From positions 14,789-78,788 of the forward strand of contig JBAYIE010000020.1 in NCBI GenBank assembly GCA_041665785.1: a stretch of DNA of 64,000 nt, in the 5' to 3' direction. Of the stretch, positions 40,007-47,987 are shown piece by piece (the first letter of the stretch is position 1; the number at the start of each line of letters is the position of its first letter). Origin of the DNA: Bacteroidia bacterium (GTDB lineage: Bacteria > Bacteroidota > Bacteroidia > UKL13-3). The notes below the pieces were generated by a model, which was not told the origin of the DNA, searched no databases, and saw only the letters and a program-made list of their open reading frames with translations. A program made the position numbers and the translations under genes.

Positions 40007-41284
40007 TCACTTGATTATATCCGGGAATTTATAACAATTCAGGTATTTACCATCCTGCACATAGAAGCAGCGTTTGGCTTCGTTGATGGCGACACCTTCT
40101 CCAACTGTAGAAGTATCATCAACTATTTTTTGAATAAAAATAATTCTTCCATCGTAGATATCTAAGATCATAATATTTCTATGTAAAGTCAAGAATAGGT
40201 AGTGCTTATATAAATTAACATCGTTAAACCCAAAAAACAACCATGCTTTTTCAGGAATCTCGAAGTCTTGCCTCCATACTAAATCCCCATTAGTATTGCT
40301 TAATGCTATTATTGGACTATTGTTAGCACAAATCACAATTACTTTCTCTTGATATGAAAATATATTAACGCCATAATCATTCAATTTTTTCTTCCAAATA
40401 ATATCACCAGTTTCAATATCAAAAGTTACCAAATAGAAAAAACCATCCGTTCCTGTAGCAAATTGATAAAGCTTTCCATTTATAATTTTTGAGTCTCTTT
40501 GATCAAATTGATCAAATTCGCTTGAATAATCTTTATTCCAAATGATTCTTTTCTCAGTCAAATTATAACAAGCTAATTGAACAAGTCGATTTTGAAATGA
40601 AGTGTAGCTTACCAATGTAATGTATGCTAATTGATTTCCATTAATTCCTTCATAGAATGAAATCGATGACTCAGAAATTTTATCATGTAATTTAAGCGTG
40701 TCGAAATGTTGATAACAAAGCTCCCAATAGGGAGATTCTGGTACCGTACGAAAAAGGTGAAATGAATAGCGCCCCTTTTCACCTTGAAATCCATGATATA
40801 CATGTTTATCATTTGAACTATATAATGCTGTACTACCATACATAGTATCATAAAAATGCTTCCAATTGGTCATTCCTGTTATTAAATCAAAGGAATATGT
40901 TGCATTCCAATTACTCAGAATCAATGAGTTATCAATTACTTCACGTGATCGGTTACTAAATCCTGATTCATTTCGAAGATAATCATCCCATTTCCAAATT
41001 ATATTACCAGTATTTCCATCAAATAACTCAAAACACTCTCTATTTGGACTTGCACTAGTTCCCCAAAAACTCACAACAATGTTGCCTTCTGCATTAATTA
41101 TCGGAGATGCAATTTGTGCCGTTTGAGAATCAGGAGAAATCGGTTTGCGCCATATCAATTTACAAGTTGAATCAATTTCTTTAGGTTGATTGATCATGTT
41201 TGTTCTCAATTTTTCCTTTTTGCAGGCAAAGCATATTGATCCTAGCATTACATACACCAAAATCAAAAATTTTACTTGTGACAT
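40007..41284 (-). CDS. lipoprotein with PQQ/BamB-like beta-propeller repeats
   Basis: Lipobox-like LGSICFAC. Recurrent G-x-hhW-+ blades: GNIIWKWDD, GMTNWKHF, KRIIWNKDY, GDIIWKKKL, GDLVWRQDF. Starts 2 nt after the upstream stop. AT-rich. Confidence 0.7.
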   Translation of the reverse strand: MSQVKFLILVYVMLGSICFACKKEKLRTNMINQPKEIDSTCKLIWRKPISPDSQTAQIASPIINAEGNIVVSFWGTSASPNRECFELFDGNTGNIIWKWDDYLRNESGFSNRSREVIDNSLILSNWNATYSFDLITGMTNWKHFYDTMYGSTALYSSNDKHVYHGFQGEKGRYSFHLFRTVPESPYWELCYQHFDTLKLHDKISESSISFYEGINGNQLAYITLVSYTSFQNRLVQLACYNLTEKRIIWNKDYSSEFDQFDQRDSKIINGKLYQFATGTDGFFYLVTFDIETGDIIWKKKLNDYGVNIFSYQEKVIVICANNSPIIALSNTNGDLVWRQDFEIPEKAWLFFGFNDVNLYKHYLFLTLHRNIMILDIYDGRIIFIQKIVDDTSTVGEGVAINEAKRCFYVQDGKYLNCYKFPDIIK

Positions 41285-41286
41285 AA

Positions 41287-42117
41287 TTAACGCTTTTCAG
41301 TTCTGAAAAATTTATGATAATCGCCATTGTAGAGCTTGAATAAAAGATTCTTTGTAGCTGAACTATTTATCATTTGAGAATGATTTTGTTCTTTTAAATG
41401 TACAACAAATCTTGGTTTATTAAAATCGTGCAAAGGAATTTCAGCTCCAGCCGATTCAGATAATATCAATCCATCGTTTGGGTAATCGGCATATTTTCTA
41501 ACAGCTATCTTACTGGACAGTTCAATTCTCTTGCAATAGTAAGGTTCAAGTCCTAAATACCCAATATAAGAAGTAGTTTTTGGCAATGCTTTAAATTTTT
41601 CATCCACTTTTATCATATTTGGTTTAGACTCATACTGCCAAACTGTTTTACCATTATTTGAACTACAAAAATTAATTACTTCGCTTAATAAAAAGTACTC
41701 AGTACTTGTGTTAACTTTCGATCCGGTAATCATTATTTTATAGTAATCATTAGAATTCTTCATCCATAATAAAGCTCCATGATATGCATTCATACTCATC
41801 TCGTAACCTTTAACCTTATTCAAAGTTTTTGCCATATCTTGAAGTAGATCTACACCCGTTGCCATAAACTCAAGAAAGCTACTCCAGGCAACTATTGACT
41901 TTTGCGATTCCTTTGATAACTTCTCACGCTCCTGCTGATTTCTCATATACAAATACGAGATATAAGAGCTAACCTTTCTTTCTAATACATCATCATTGTC
42001 ATAATTAAAGGCTAATTTTTGATTACTAATATCATCTTCACCCATATTTTGAACACTTGACATAAATTTCCAAAACACTGGTTCAGTTTCTACTCCATAT
42101 ACTTGAACGAAAGGCAC
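41287..42117 (-). CDS. C-terminal portion of a split alpha/beta-hydrolase lipase (putative Asp/His segment)
   Basis: 276-aa ORF with a GTG start, in the same frame as 42169..43110 and separated from it by a single TAA plus 17 sense codons. Contains YPNDGLILSES and EQNHSQMINS. Confidence 0.6.
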   Translation of the reverse strand: MPFVQVYGVETEPVFWKFMSSVQNMGEDDISNQKLAFNYDNDDVLERKVSSYISYLYMRNQQEREKLSKESQKSIVAWSSFLEFMATGVDLLQDMAKTLNKVKGYEMSMNAYHGALLWMKNSNDYYKIMITGSKVNTSTEYFLLSEVINFCSSNNGKTVWQYESKPNMIKVDEKFKALPKTTSYIGYLGLEPYYCKRIELSSKIAVRKYADYPNDGLILSESAGAEIPLHDFNKPRFVVHLKEQNHSQMINSSATKNLLFKLYNGDYHKFFRTEKR

Positions 42118-42168
42118 TTTTAAAATATGCTCGGATAATCCCTCAATATGTTGACCATTTTCATTTGT

Positions 42169-43110
42169 TTAACCCTCCAAAAAAGAAGACCCAACTGCAT
42201 AGTCTTTCGTAGTTCTTTTTTGAAATTTGTCTAGAACAATTGGAACGACAAAACCTGACAATCCAGAACAAGAGGAATTTAATATTGAATTAATTGCGTC
42301 ATCTTTTATCACGAGTCTTGTAATAAAACTTTCATTAATTTTATCAATTAACGCTGGCTTTGACAGGCTTATACATGCATCTTTCAAGAATGGCTCAAGC
42401 TTATTTCCCATTTCTTTACGAGTGTTATTAATGACTTTTGCACCTGTATGAGGAGTACCAAATGTTACTAAACCATGTGCATAATATTCATAAGCATTAG
42501 GTTCCTTTTCCATTTTTCTTAACCATTCTCTTGCTACAATTCCACCTTGACTATGAGCAATAATAAAATCAAATTCTGTATGCTTATCCTGTATACCACG
42601 TGCATTATTTGCATAATTTTGAGCAGCAACAGTTATACCGAAGTCTTCAGAATATGATTGAGTACTACCATAAGTTCCGAAATTTTGTGAGTTAACTTTA
42701 TATGCAGGGAAGTTAACTTCACTATTCCCATATTGGGAGGCCATTGCTGGTAAATTCCACGTTGAAGTATTTCCACCTAAACCGTGAATCCAATAAATGT
42801 TCTTATCACCGTCCATTTTACCGTATCTTTTCTCTGAAGTATCTATCGGTAACTTCTCATAAAATTCTGGAGAAGCAATACCAACTGAATCCACCTTAGT
42901 AAAAGACATTATACCCAAGCCTTCTCTATAACAAGGATCATTATTGCTAAAGTTATTTAATAAAAACTTTCTATAAGATATTTCCATCATAACTGAATCT
43001 TGGCGGAAGAAAAAAACAGTGTCTATTGACTCTTCTTGAGCGAATGCGACTTGATTCTTTAACAAAGTAGAGAGAATTATCAAAGATGTTAATTTTATAA
43101 GTGTTTTCAT
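42169..43110 (-). CDS. secreted alpha/beta-hydrolase lipase, N-terminal portion (Ser nucleophile)
   Basis: Signal peptide MKTLIKLTSLIILSTLLKNQVAFAQ, oxyanion-type WIHGLGGN, nucleophile elbow IIAHSQGGIV. Confidence 0.75.
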   Translation of the reverse strand: MKTLIKLTSLIILSTLLKNQVAFAQEESIDTVFFFRQDSVMMEISYRKFLLNNFSNNDPCYREGLGIMSFTKVDSVGIASPEFYEKLPIDTSEKRYGKMDGDKNIYWIHGLGGNTSTWNLPAMASQYGNSEVNFPAYKVNSQNFGTYGSTQSYSEDFGITVAAQNYANNARGIQDKHTEFDFIIAHSQGGIVAREWLRKMEKEPNAYEYYAHGLVTFGTPHTGAKVINNTRKEMGNKLEPFLKDACISLSKPALIDKINESFITRLVIKDDAINSILNSSCSGLSGFVVPIVLDKFQKRTTKDYAVGSSFLEG

Positions 43111-43121
43111 AGGTGTATGTT

Positions 43122-44147
43122 TTAATTTTTAATAAAATGAGTGGTCAATACAGATTGCGAAGTAGTAACGCGCAGTACATAATGCCCGGCCACTTCGCCT
43201 GAAATATCCACTGTAAAATTTGCTGAGGCAGGAATAGGTAAAGTGATGAGTTGATTAGTCAGTACATGGATTACTGCTACTCCAGAAACCTGACTTTGAG
43301 ATGCTAAATTCACCTTAACTGAAAAATGTCCGTCGTTTGGATTCGGTGAAATGCTTATTGACTCAGATTGAGTCATAGCTTTTTCGATAAGTTTACCAGG
43401 ATCCTGAATAACATAATCATATAAATGAGAAAGCGTTACTTCTGTAATGCATGGTCCGTTGTACGATCTGATTACCCTTTCGTGTTTATTAACCGTCAGT
43501 AAAAAGCCTTGTCCTTCAAAGGGTGTATACCCCAATGTTCGGGTGTTTTTATAACCATCTCCATCGGTCCATGCGTTGGTAATGGTGAATACCGATTTAT
43601 CGAAAACAGTTGACATGTCTTCGTGAGAAATACGAAAAGACTCTTCATTTAATCTTTCAATCGTGATTCCATCTACAAAAGATAATTGCGGAAGTGAATC
43701 CGGCAGAGAAGGAAATTCTTTTAATCCCGGATGATACCCTTCGTTGCTGATACTCATTTTTTCAGCTTCTGCTTCAGCGCGTTGCTCTTCTGAAAAAGGT
43801 TCAGATGAAACAATGCTTCCATCTTTTCCATACATGATACTTTGCGTACCATCGTAAGCAAATTTCCGGGCCAGATTCATCCAGGGTGCTTCGTCGCTGA
43901 TACTGTCGAGGGTTACTTCCAATAAAGAGTTGTACTGCGGATCAATTACGCGGTGCACCGTTTTGTCGGTGAACGTTAACCGGTACTTGAATTTTTCCAT
44001 TTCGTTGATACTGTCAAGCATATTGTCTTCGACAACGCCATAACGGTACTCCGTTTCCTTGTGCGACTCTTCATACAATACAGATTGTGCTTGTGCTAAC
44101 AGGGGGCTCATTAAGACGCCCATTAGCAGATGTTTTAAAATTTTCAT
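43122..44147 (-). CDS. secreted hypothetical protein with a T9SS C-terminal sorting domain
   Basis: Start set at MKILKHLLMGVLMSPLLAQAQS (ORF track extends to 44264). C-terminal ISPNPNDGHFSVKV…YVLRVTT…HFIKN. Confidence 0.75.
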   Translation of the reverse strand: MKILKHLLMGVLMSPLLAQAQSVLYEESHKETEYRYGVVEDNMLDSINEMEKFKYRLTFTDKTVHRVIDPQYNSLLEVTLDSISDEAPWMNLARKFAYDGTQSIMYGKDGSIVSSEPFSEEQRAEAEAEKMSISNEGYHPGLKEFPSLPDSLPQLSFVDGITIERLNEESFRISHEDMSTVFDKSVFTITNAWTDGDGYKNTRTLGYTPFEGQGFLLTVNKHERVIRSYNGPCITEVTLSHLYDYVIQDPGKLIEKAMTQSESISISPNPNDGHFSVKVNLASQSQVSGVAVIHVLTNQLITLPIPASANFTVDISGEVAGHYVLRVTTSQSVLTTHFIKN

Positions 44148-44253
44148 AGGTGTTGAATTAATTGAGAAACAAATTTTAAGAAATTTTTGACAAGGCATTA
44201 TTTGATTCCCGAATGTTCTTATTAAATTCGTTGTACTAATAAATGCACCGCCT

Positions 44254-44604
44254 ATGGAAAGCAAGGTTATTGGAAACTACTTGAAGGCTATACGCCTTAA
44301 AAAAGGGTACTCCGAGGAGTACGTGAGCTTTAAGCTCAACATCAGTCAAAGCACCATCAGCAATTTCGAGAACGGAAAAATCAAAATGGACATACGCCGT
44401 TTGGTTCAGTTCTGCGAGGTTCTGGATATTCATATCCAGGAGCTGGTGAATTTTTTTCTGGCACAAAGCGAGGAGCACAAGACTTCGCCTTTGGTGATTA
44501 CTTCGCATCATGTTGAAACGCCTCAAATGCTGGTTCAGCGTTTGGAGAAAATTGAGCAGCAGATTGCCAAGCAAAACCAATTGTTGCTGCGTTTGCTGGA
44601 ATAG
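44254..44604 (+). CDS. XRE-family helix-turn-helix transcriptional regulator
   Basis: IGNYLKAIRLKKGYSEEYVSFKLNISQSTISNFENGK, the canonical HTH_3 pattern. Confidence 0.85.
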   Translation: MESKVIGNYLKAIRLKKGYSEEYVSFKLNISQSTISNFENGKIKMDIRRLVQFCEVLDIHIQELVNFFLAQSEEHKTSPLVITSHHVETPQMLVQRLEKIEQQIAKQNQLLLRLLE

Positions 44605-44610
44605 GCAGAG

Positions 44611-44637
44611 GCACACGGACAGAAAGTCCGCGTGAAC
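44611..44637 (+). repeat. REP-like hairpin repeat copy
   Basis: gCACACGGACagaaaGTCCGCGTGaac, immediately 3' of the XRE gene. Confidence 0.8.
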
Positions 44638-44691
44638 TGGTACCGGTTTTCATGCAGGAATACTAACTTGCATTAAACTTTTCAACGCATC

Positions 44692-45597
44692 ATGAAAACC
44701 TTTAGCCTTGTATTGGCTTTGTGGGCCATTACCTTTCATACCGGGGCGCAAACCCCGGCTGACTATTTTTTGCCTTTGTGTAACGGCAATTACAACCAAT
44801 TGCATACCGATGGCAACGGTACTTTTATGGCCCGGCATACCTATTACCGCGTAATGTGGGACGAAACGGTGAGCAGCGATACCTATTATTTTCTCAAAGG
44901 GTATTCAATTGAAGATTCGAATCAAACCGATACCCAAACCTTTCAATGCATCTGGTTGCAGCGTACCGCACAGGGAGAAATCATGATGGCTGCTGTAGAC
45001 TATACCAATTCGGGTTTGCTCGACTCGGCAACAATTCTGATTCCGCCCATACCCTATCTGAGTACTGAAATGCTCACACCGGGTTATGTGCGCGACTATA
45101 CTATTGCAGGTAATATAAACGGACGCGATTCGGTGATCAGCAATACCGAAACGGTTGGTACGTATCAAAATTGTTTAAAAATACGTACTACCCGGTTTCA
45201 GAATATTGCTCCGGTGTTGATTGAGGATTTTTATTATGCTGCCGGTGTCGGGTATGTAAAAATTGAACGACTTTTCCCGGCTGCCGAAACCCATGTTGCC
45301 TCGTGGTTCAATAACCGCTCGGTGAATTGTTATACGGGTATCGACGAAAAGGTACCTTCAGCTGAATTCAACCTTTACCCTAATCCCGCCCATGCATCGG
45401 TAAACGTGCAATGCCCGTATCCACCGCAAGCCGGAACAATGCTTGAATTGTGTGATGCATTGGGAAAACAACACATGCGCTATGCATTAATTAATAAACA
45501 AGAAAACCTTCCCTTGCATTTGCCTGAAGGAATTTATTTCTATTCGATTTATAATGAGAGTGGGATTTTAAAACAAGGAAGAGTTTTAATACAATAA
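44692..45597 (+). CDS. secreted hypothetical protein with a T9SS C-terminal sorting domain
   Basis: Signal peptide. C-terminal NLYPNPAHASVNV…GIYFYSIYNESGILKQGRVLIQ. Confidence 0.8.
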   Translation: MKTFSLVLALWAITFHTGAQTPADYFLPLCNGNYNQLHTDGNGTFMARHTYYRVMWDETVSSDTYYFLKGYSIEDSNQTDTQTFQCIWLQRTAQGEIMMAAVDYTNSGLLDSATILIPPIPYLSTEMLTPGYVRDYTIAGNINGRDSVISNTETVGTYQNCLKIRTTRFQNIAPVLIEDFYYAAGVGYVKIERLFPAAETHVASWFNNRSVNCYTGIDEKVPSAEFNLYPNPAHASVNVQCPYPPQAGTMLELCDALGKQHMRYALINKQENLPLHLPEGIYFYSIYNESGILKQGRVLIQ

Positions 45598-45638
45598 ATC
45601 CTGGTTTTATTAAGCGTGAGCTTCATAGCAAGGTAAAC

Positions 45639-45667
45639 CCACACGGACTGCAAGTCCGCGTGAACGG
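45639..45667 (+). repeat. REP-like hairpin repeat copy (consensus)
   Basis: CCACACGGACTGCAAGTCCGCGTGAACGG. Confidence 0.85.
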
Positions 45668-45741
45668 ATTATAAAACGGGGAAGAATCTTAGTACAATAA
45701 ATCTTGCATTTATTCGGCATGAGCTTTATCGCAAAAGAAAA

Positions 45742-45796
45742 CCACACGGACTGCAAGTCCGCGTGAACGGCGTGAACGGCTTGAACGGCGCGAACG
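45742..45796 (+). repeat. REP-like hairpin repeat copy followed by tandem 9-mers
   Basis: CCACACGGACTGCAAGTCCGCGTGAACGG, then CGTGAACGG / CTTGAACGG / CGCGAACG. It abuts the PaiB-like stop codon at 45797. Confidence 0.85.
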
Positions 45797-46465
45797 TTAC
45801 GAATCAAATCTTGAAGCATCCCACTCTACTCCCGCTGGAAACAACTCTGCTTGCCGTTTTTTCATCTCCTGTGCAATCAGGGCACTGTCGCCACCTTGTG
45901 CTTCGAGTTTGGAGATGATATTCAGAAAACTCTTTTCGTCTCTGTTCTGGCTGAGCTTAAATACATTTTCTATTTTCTCTGCTTTAATTTCAAAACCTAC
46001 AATGGCCGGAAGCATATGATTTAAAAATGAATCCGGCAGATTGTCGAAAAAGGTAAGCGATTGCGTATTGCCTCCTTCGAATTTCAAAGTCATTTTTCGC
46101 ATAAAGGCAACCAGCTCGTCATCGGACATAAAGTTTACCTGACCGCCAATATGCACGCTCATATAATTCCAGGTAGAACCAATTTGCGGGTTGCTATACC
46201 AGGAGGCGCTTACATAGCAATCGGGTCCGGTAAACACCAGCAGGGCATTTGAGTTTTCGATAAAAGCCTTGTGGTGATCTGTATTTCGCATGATATGTCC
46301 CTGCATGAAGAGTTCACCATTTCTTTCTTCAAATAAAACCGGAATCTGAGTAGCCACCTGCTCACCCGCTAAGGTACTGCCTGTTAAAAGGGCAAATGGA
46401 TTTTGTTCGATGAATGCTAATAAAGTTTGCTTGTCTTTTTCTTTGAAATACGAAAAATGGTACAT
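45797..46465 (-). CDS. FMN-binding negative transcriptional regulator (PaiB family)
   Basis: MYHFSYFKEKDKQTLLAFIEQNPFALL… and overall length are typical of PaiB-like proteins. Confidence 0.75.
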   Translation of the reverse strand: MYHFSYFKEKDKQTLLAFIEQNPFALLTGSTLAGEQVATQIPVLFEERNGELFMQGHIMRNTDHHKAFIENSNALLVFTGPDCYVSASWYSNPQIGSTWNYMSVHIGGQVNFMSDDELVAFMRKMTLKFEGGNTQSLTFFDNLPDSFLNHMLPAIVGFEIKAEKIENVFKLSQNRDEKSFLNIISKLEAQGGDSALIAQEMKKRQAELFPAGVEWDASRFDS

Positions 46466-46500
46466 GTGATATATTTAGTTGATTGTTGTTAATGAACGCT

Positions 46501-46553
46501 GCCTGAATTTAAATTCAAGATAAGTTGTTTTGCTTGAATTATGCCGTTCACGC
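46501..46553. repeat. 53-nt repeat containing the perfect 14-bp palindrome TGAATTTAAATTCA (copy 1)
   Basis: Differs from 47425..47477 at 2 of 53 positions. Palindrome at 46504-46517. Lies 35 nt upstream of the PaiB-like start. Confidence 0.85.
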
Positions 46554-46573
46554 GGTCTTGCAGTCCGTGTGCG
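46544..46573 (-). repeat. REP-like hairpin repeat copy (reverse orientation)
   Basis: ccgttcacgcggtcttgcagtccgtgtgcg is the reverse complement of the consensus, with one stem mismatch. Confidence 0.8.
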
Positions 46574-46668
46574 CATATATTGCATGGCAACCTAATCATC
46601 AATTACGAATTACAATGTCATTTATTGTGTTAGCTGATGCACGAATGTGTTGTTTGCGTATACGAAAA

Positions 46669-46750
46669 CCACACGAACGACATCCTATTGCCGGGATAGG
46701 TTATCCTCGCATGGGAAAGGCACACGGACTGAAAGTCCGCGTGAACGGGG
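46669..46750 (+). repeat. composite repeat: hairpin-less half-site, ~40-nt spacer, REP-like hairpin
   Basis: CCACACGAACG…gcatgggaaaggCACACGGACTGAAAGTCCGCGTGAACGGGG. Homologous to 48327..48408 and 48997..49093. Confidence 0.8.
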
Positions 46751-46788
46751 TATCAAAAAACTTGTGCTTGCTTGCTCCTCAAATGGAT

Positions 46789-47415
46789 CTATTTTTTGGA
46801 GATCAATTCCCATTTCACGCCGTCTTTTGTGATAATACTCAGTACACCAAATTGAGAATTGAACAAAATTAATTTATCGGATGTACCTTGAAAACTGGTA
46901 ATAAAAATTTCTTTGATTTTATAATACGTTTTATTAGAAATTTCTATAGAATCGTAACTGTATTGAACGCCATATATCCATGGTAAACTTGTTTCATAAA
47001 TACTTGGTGTAAATTGAATTGTAAATCCACCTGGGTCATTATGAGATGAAATAAATGCTTTGACAATTAATTTACTAGTACTTGTACTGCTTATAAACTC
47101 AAATCCATAAGTTTCCAACTCTGCATGACCTCCGGGGCACTCCATATTTAAAGGAAATGTGGTAGAACTGAAATATTGAATGACACCAGTTCCAATAAAA
47201 ACATGGGTATCGCTGGTATGAGTATTTAAAAAGGTAAGAGTGTCGTGTCCGGTATAAGGTATATAAGCTTTATCTGCATCGGAGATGATATCTACATAAT
47301 ACTCATTGGGTGGGCAGGGTTCCCTTTCGTACAAACAGGAACTGAAAATGCATAACAGTAAAATCAGGCTTGTTGAATTTAGAAATGACGGAATAAAAAA
47401 ACAGTTTGCTTTCAT
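46789..47415 (-). CDS. hypothetical lipoprotein (paralogue of 49100..49756)
   Basis: Lipobox …IFSSC. Colinear similarity to the 218-aa ORF (…IPYTGHDTLTF… vs …IPFNAKDTLIY…; C-terminal LFNSQFGVLSI vs LYNAKYGALRI). Confidence 0.7.
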   Translation of the reverse strand: MKANCFFIPSFLNSTSLILLLCIFSSCLYEREPCPPNEYYVDIISDADKAYIPYTGHDTLTFLNTHTSDTHVFIGTGVIQYFSSTTFPLNMECPGGHAELETYGFEFISSTSTSKLIVKAFISSHNDPGGFTIQFTPSIYETSLPWIYGVQYSYDSIEISNKTYYKIKEIFITSFQGTSDKLILFNSQFGVLSIITKDGVKWELISKK

Positions 47416-47424
47416 CTTTTATCA

Positions 47425-47477
47425 GCCTGAATTTAAATTCAAGATAAGGTGTTTTGTTTGAATTATGCCGTTCACGC
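47425..47477. repeat. 53-nt repeat containing the palindrome TGAATTTAAATTCA (copy 2)
   Basis: Palindrome at 47428-47441. Starts 9 nt upstream of the lipoprotein gene start (47415). Confidence 0.85.
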
Positions 47478-47522
47478 TAGTAGATTGTCCTGCAAACGGG
47501 AAAAGATTCCAACGCAAACAAA

Positions 47523-47552
47523 GGCACACGGACTAAAAGTCCGCGTGAACGA
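47523..47552 (+). repeat. REP-like hairpin repeat copy
   Basis: ggCACACGGACTAAAAGTCCGCGTGAACga, just 3' of the PIN toxin gene. Confidence 0.8.
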
Positions 47553-47558
47553 TGCCAA

Positions 47559-47987
47559 CTAATGTTCATCGCTCTCCAGCATTCCTTTCGCTTCTTCAGG
47601 GCTTAAAACAGAGAGTTTGCCGGTCTTAAAATCAGCACGGTTGCGGGTAACAATAGCCTCGATTTTTTTGTTGCTACGGGCAGAGGAATATTGCAAAGCG
47701 TCTTCGAAATCTTTAAAATCAGTTGCTAATGCCTGCCTTACGATATCACCGGAAATGTCAATCGTTTCTGTCATAGCTTCCAGTTCATTTAAAATATGCA
47801 AAGTATGCTTATGCGAGGTCAGCTTTTTAATGATATAATACGTGTTGTTGTACGAAACCGCGGAAACATACAATTTCACCTTCCCTTTTTCGGCAAAGGT
47901 AAACAAGCGTGCCGCCCAGGTAGAGAAAGGCCGGCGATCGGTTAAAAAATCGATTACCACATTGGTATCCAGCAAAAAATGCCTCAT
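47559..47987 (-). CDS. type II toxin, PIN-domain (VapC-like)
   Basis: MRHFLLDTNVVIDFL… with acidic residues spaced as in PIN domains. 4-nt overlap with the upstream small gene. Confidence 0.85.
   Translation of the reverse strand: MRHFLLDTNVVIDFLTDRRPFSTWAARLFTFAEKGKVKLYVSAVSYNNTYYIIKKLTSHKHTLHILNELEAMTETIDISGDIVRQALATDFKDFEDALQYSSARSNKKIEAIVTRNRADFKTGKLSVLSPEEAKGMLESDEH

Noticed and set aside
44148-44264. An N-terminal extension of the T9SS-cargo gene to 44264, and the antisense ORF 44236..44616.
   Set aside because: The extension precedes a textbook signal peptide beginning at the Met at 44147 and would overlap the divergent XRE gene. The 126-aa antisense ORF is the shadow of the XRE gene.
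40007-44264. A mobile-element call (IS, ICE or prophage) for the AT-rich island.
   Set aside because: No transposase, integrase, tRNA target or terminal inverted or direct repeats could be identified. The recurring TTTCATAGGT at 39979, 43105 and 44143 is just the shared start-codon context ACCTATGAAA of three minus-strand genes.
46525-46872. A 115-aa plus-strand ORF spanning the 46.5-46.9 kb intergenic region (and 46647..46832).
   Set aside because: It is a read-through of the hairpin and composite repeats (…HAVLQSVCA…, …KAHGLKVRVNG…) and runs antisense into the lipoprotein gene. It is a repeat-derived ORF artefact.
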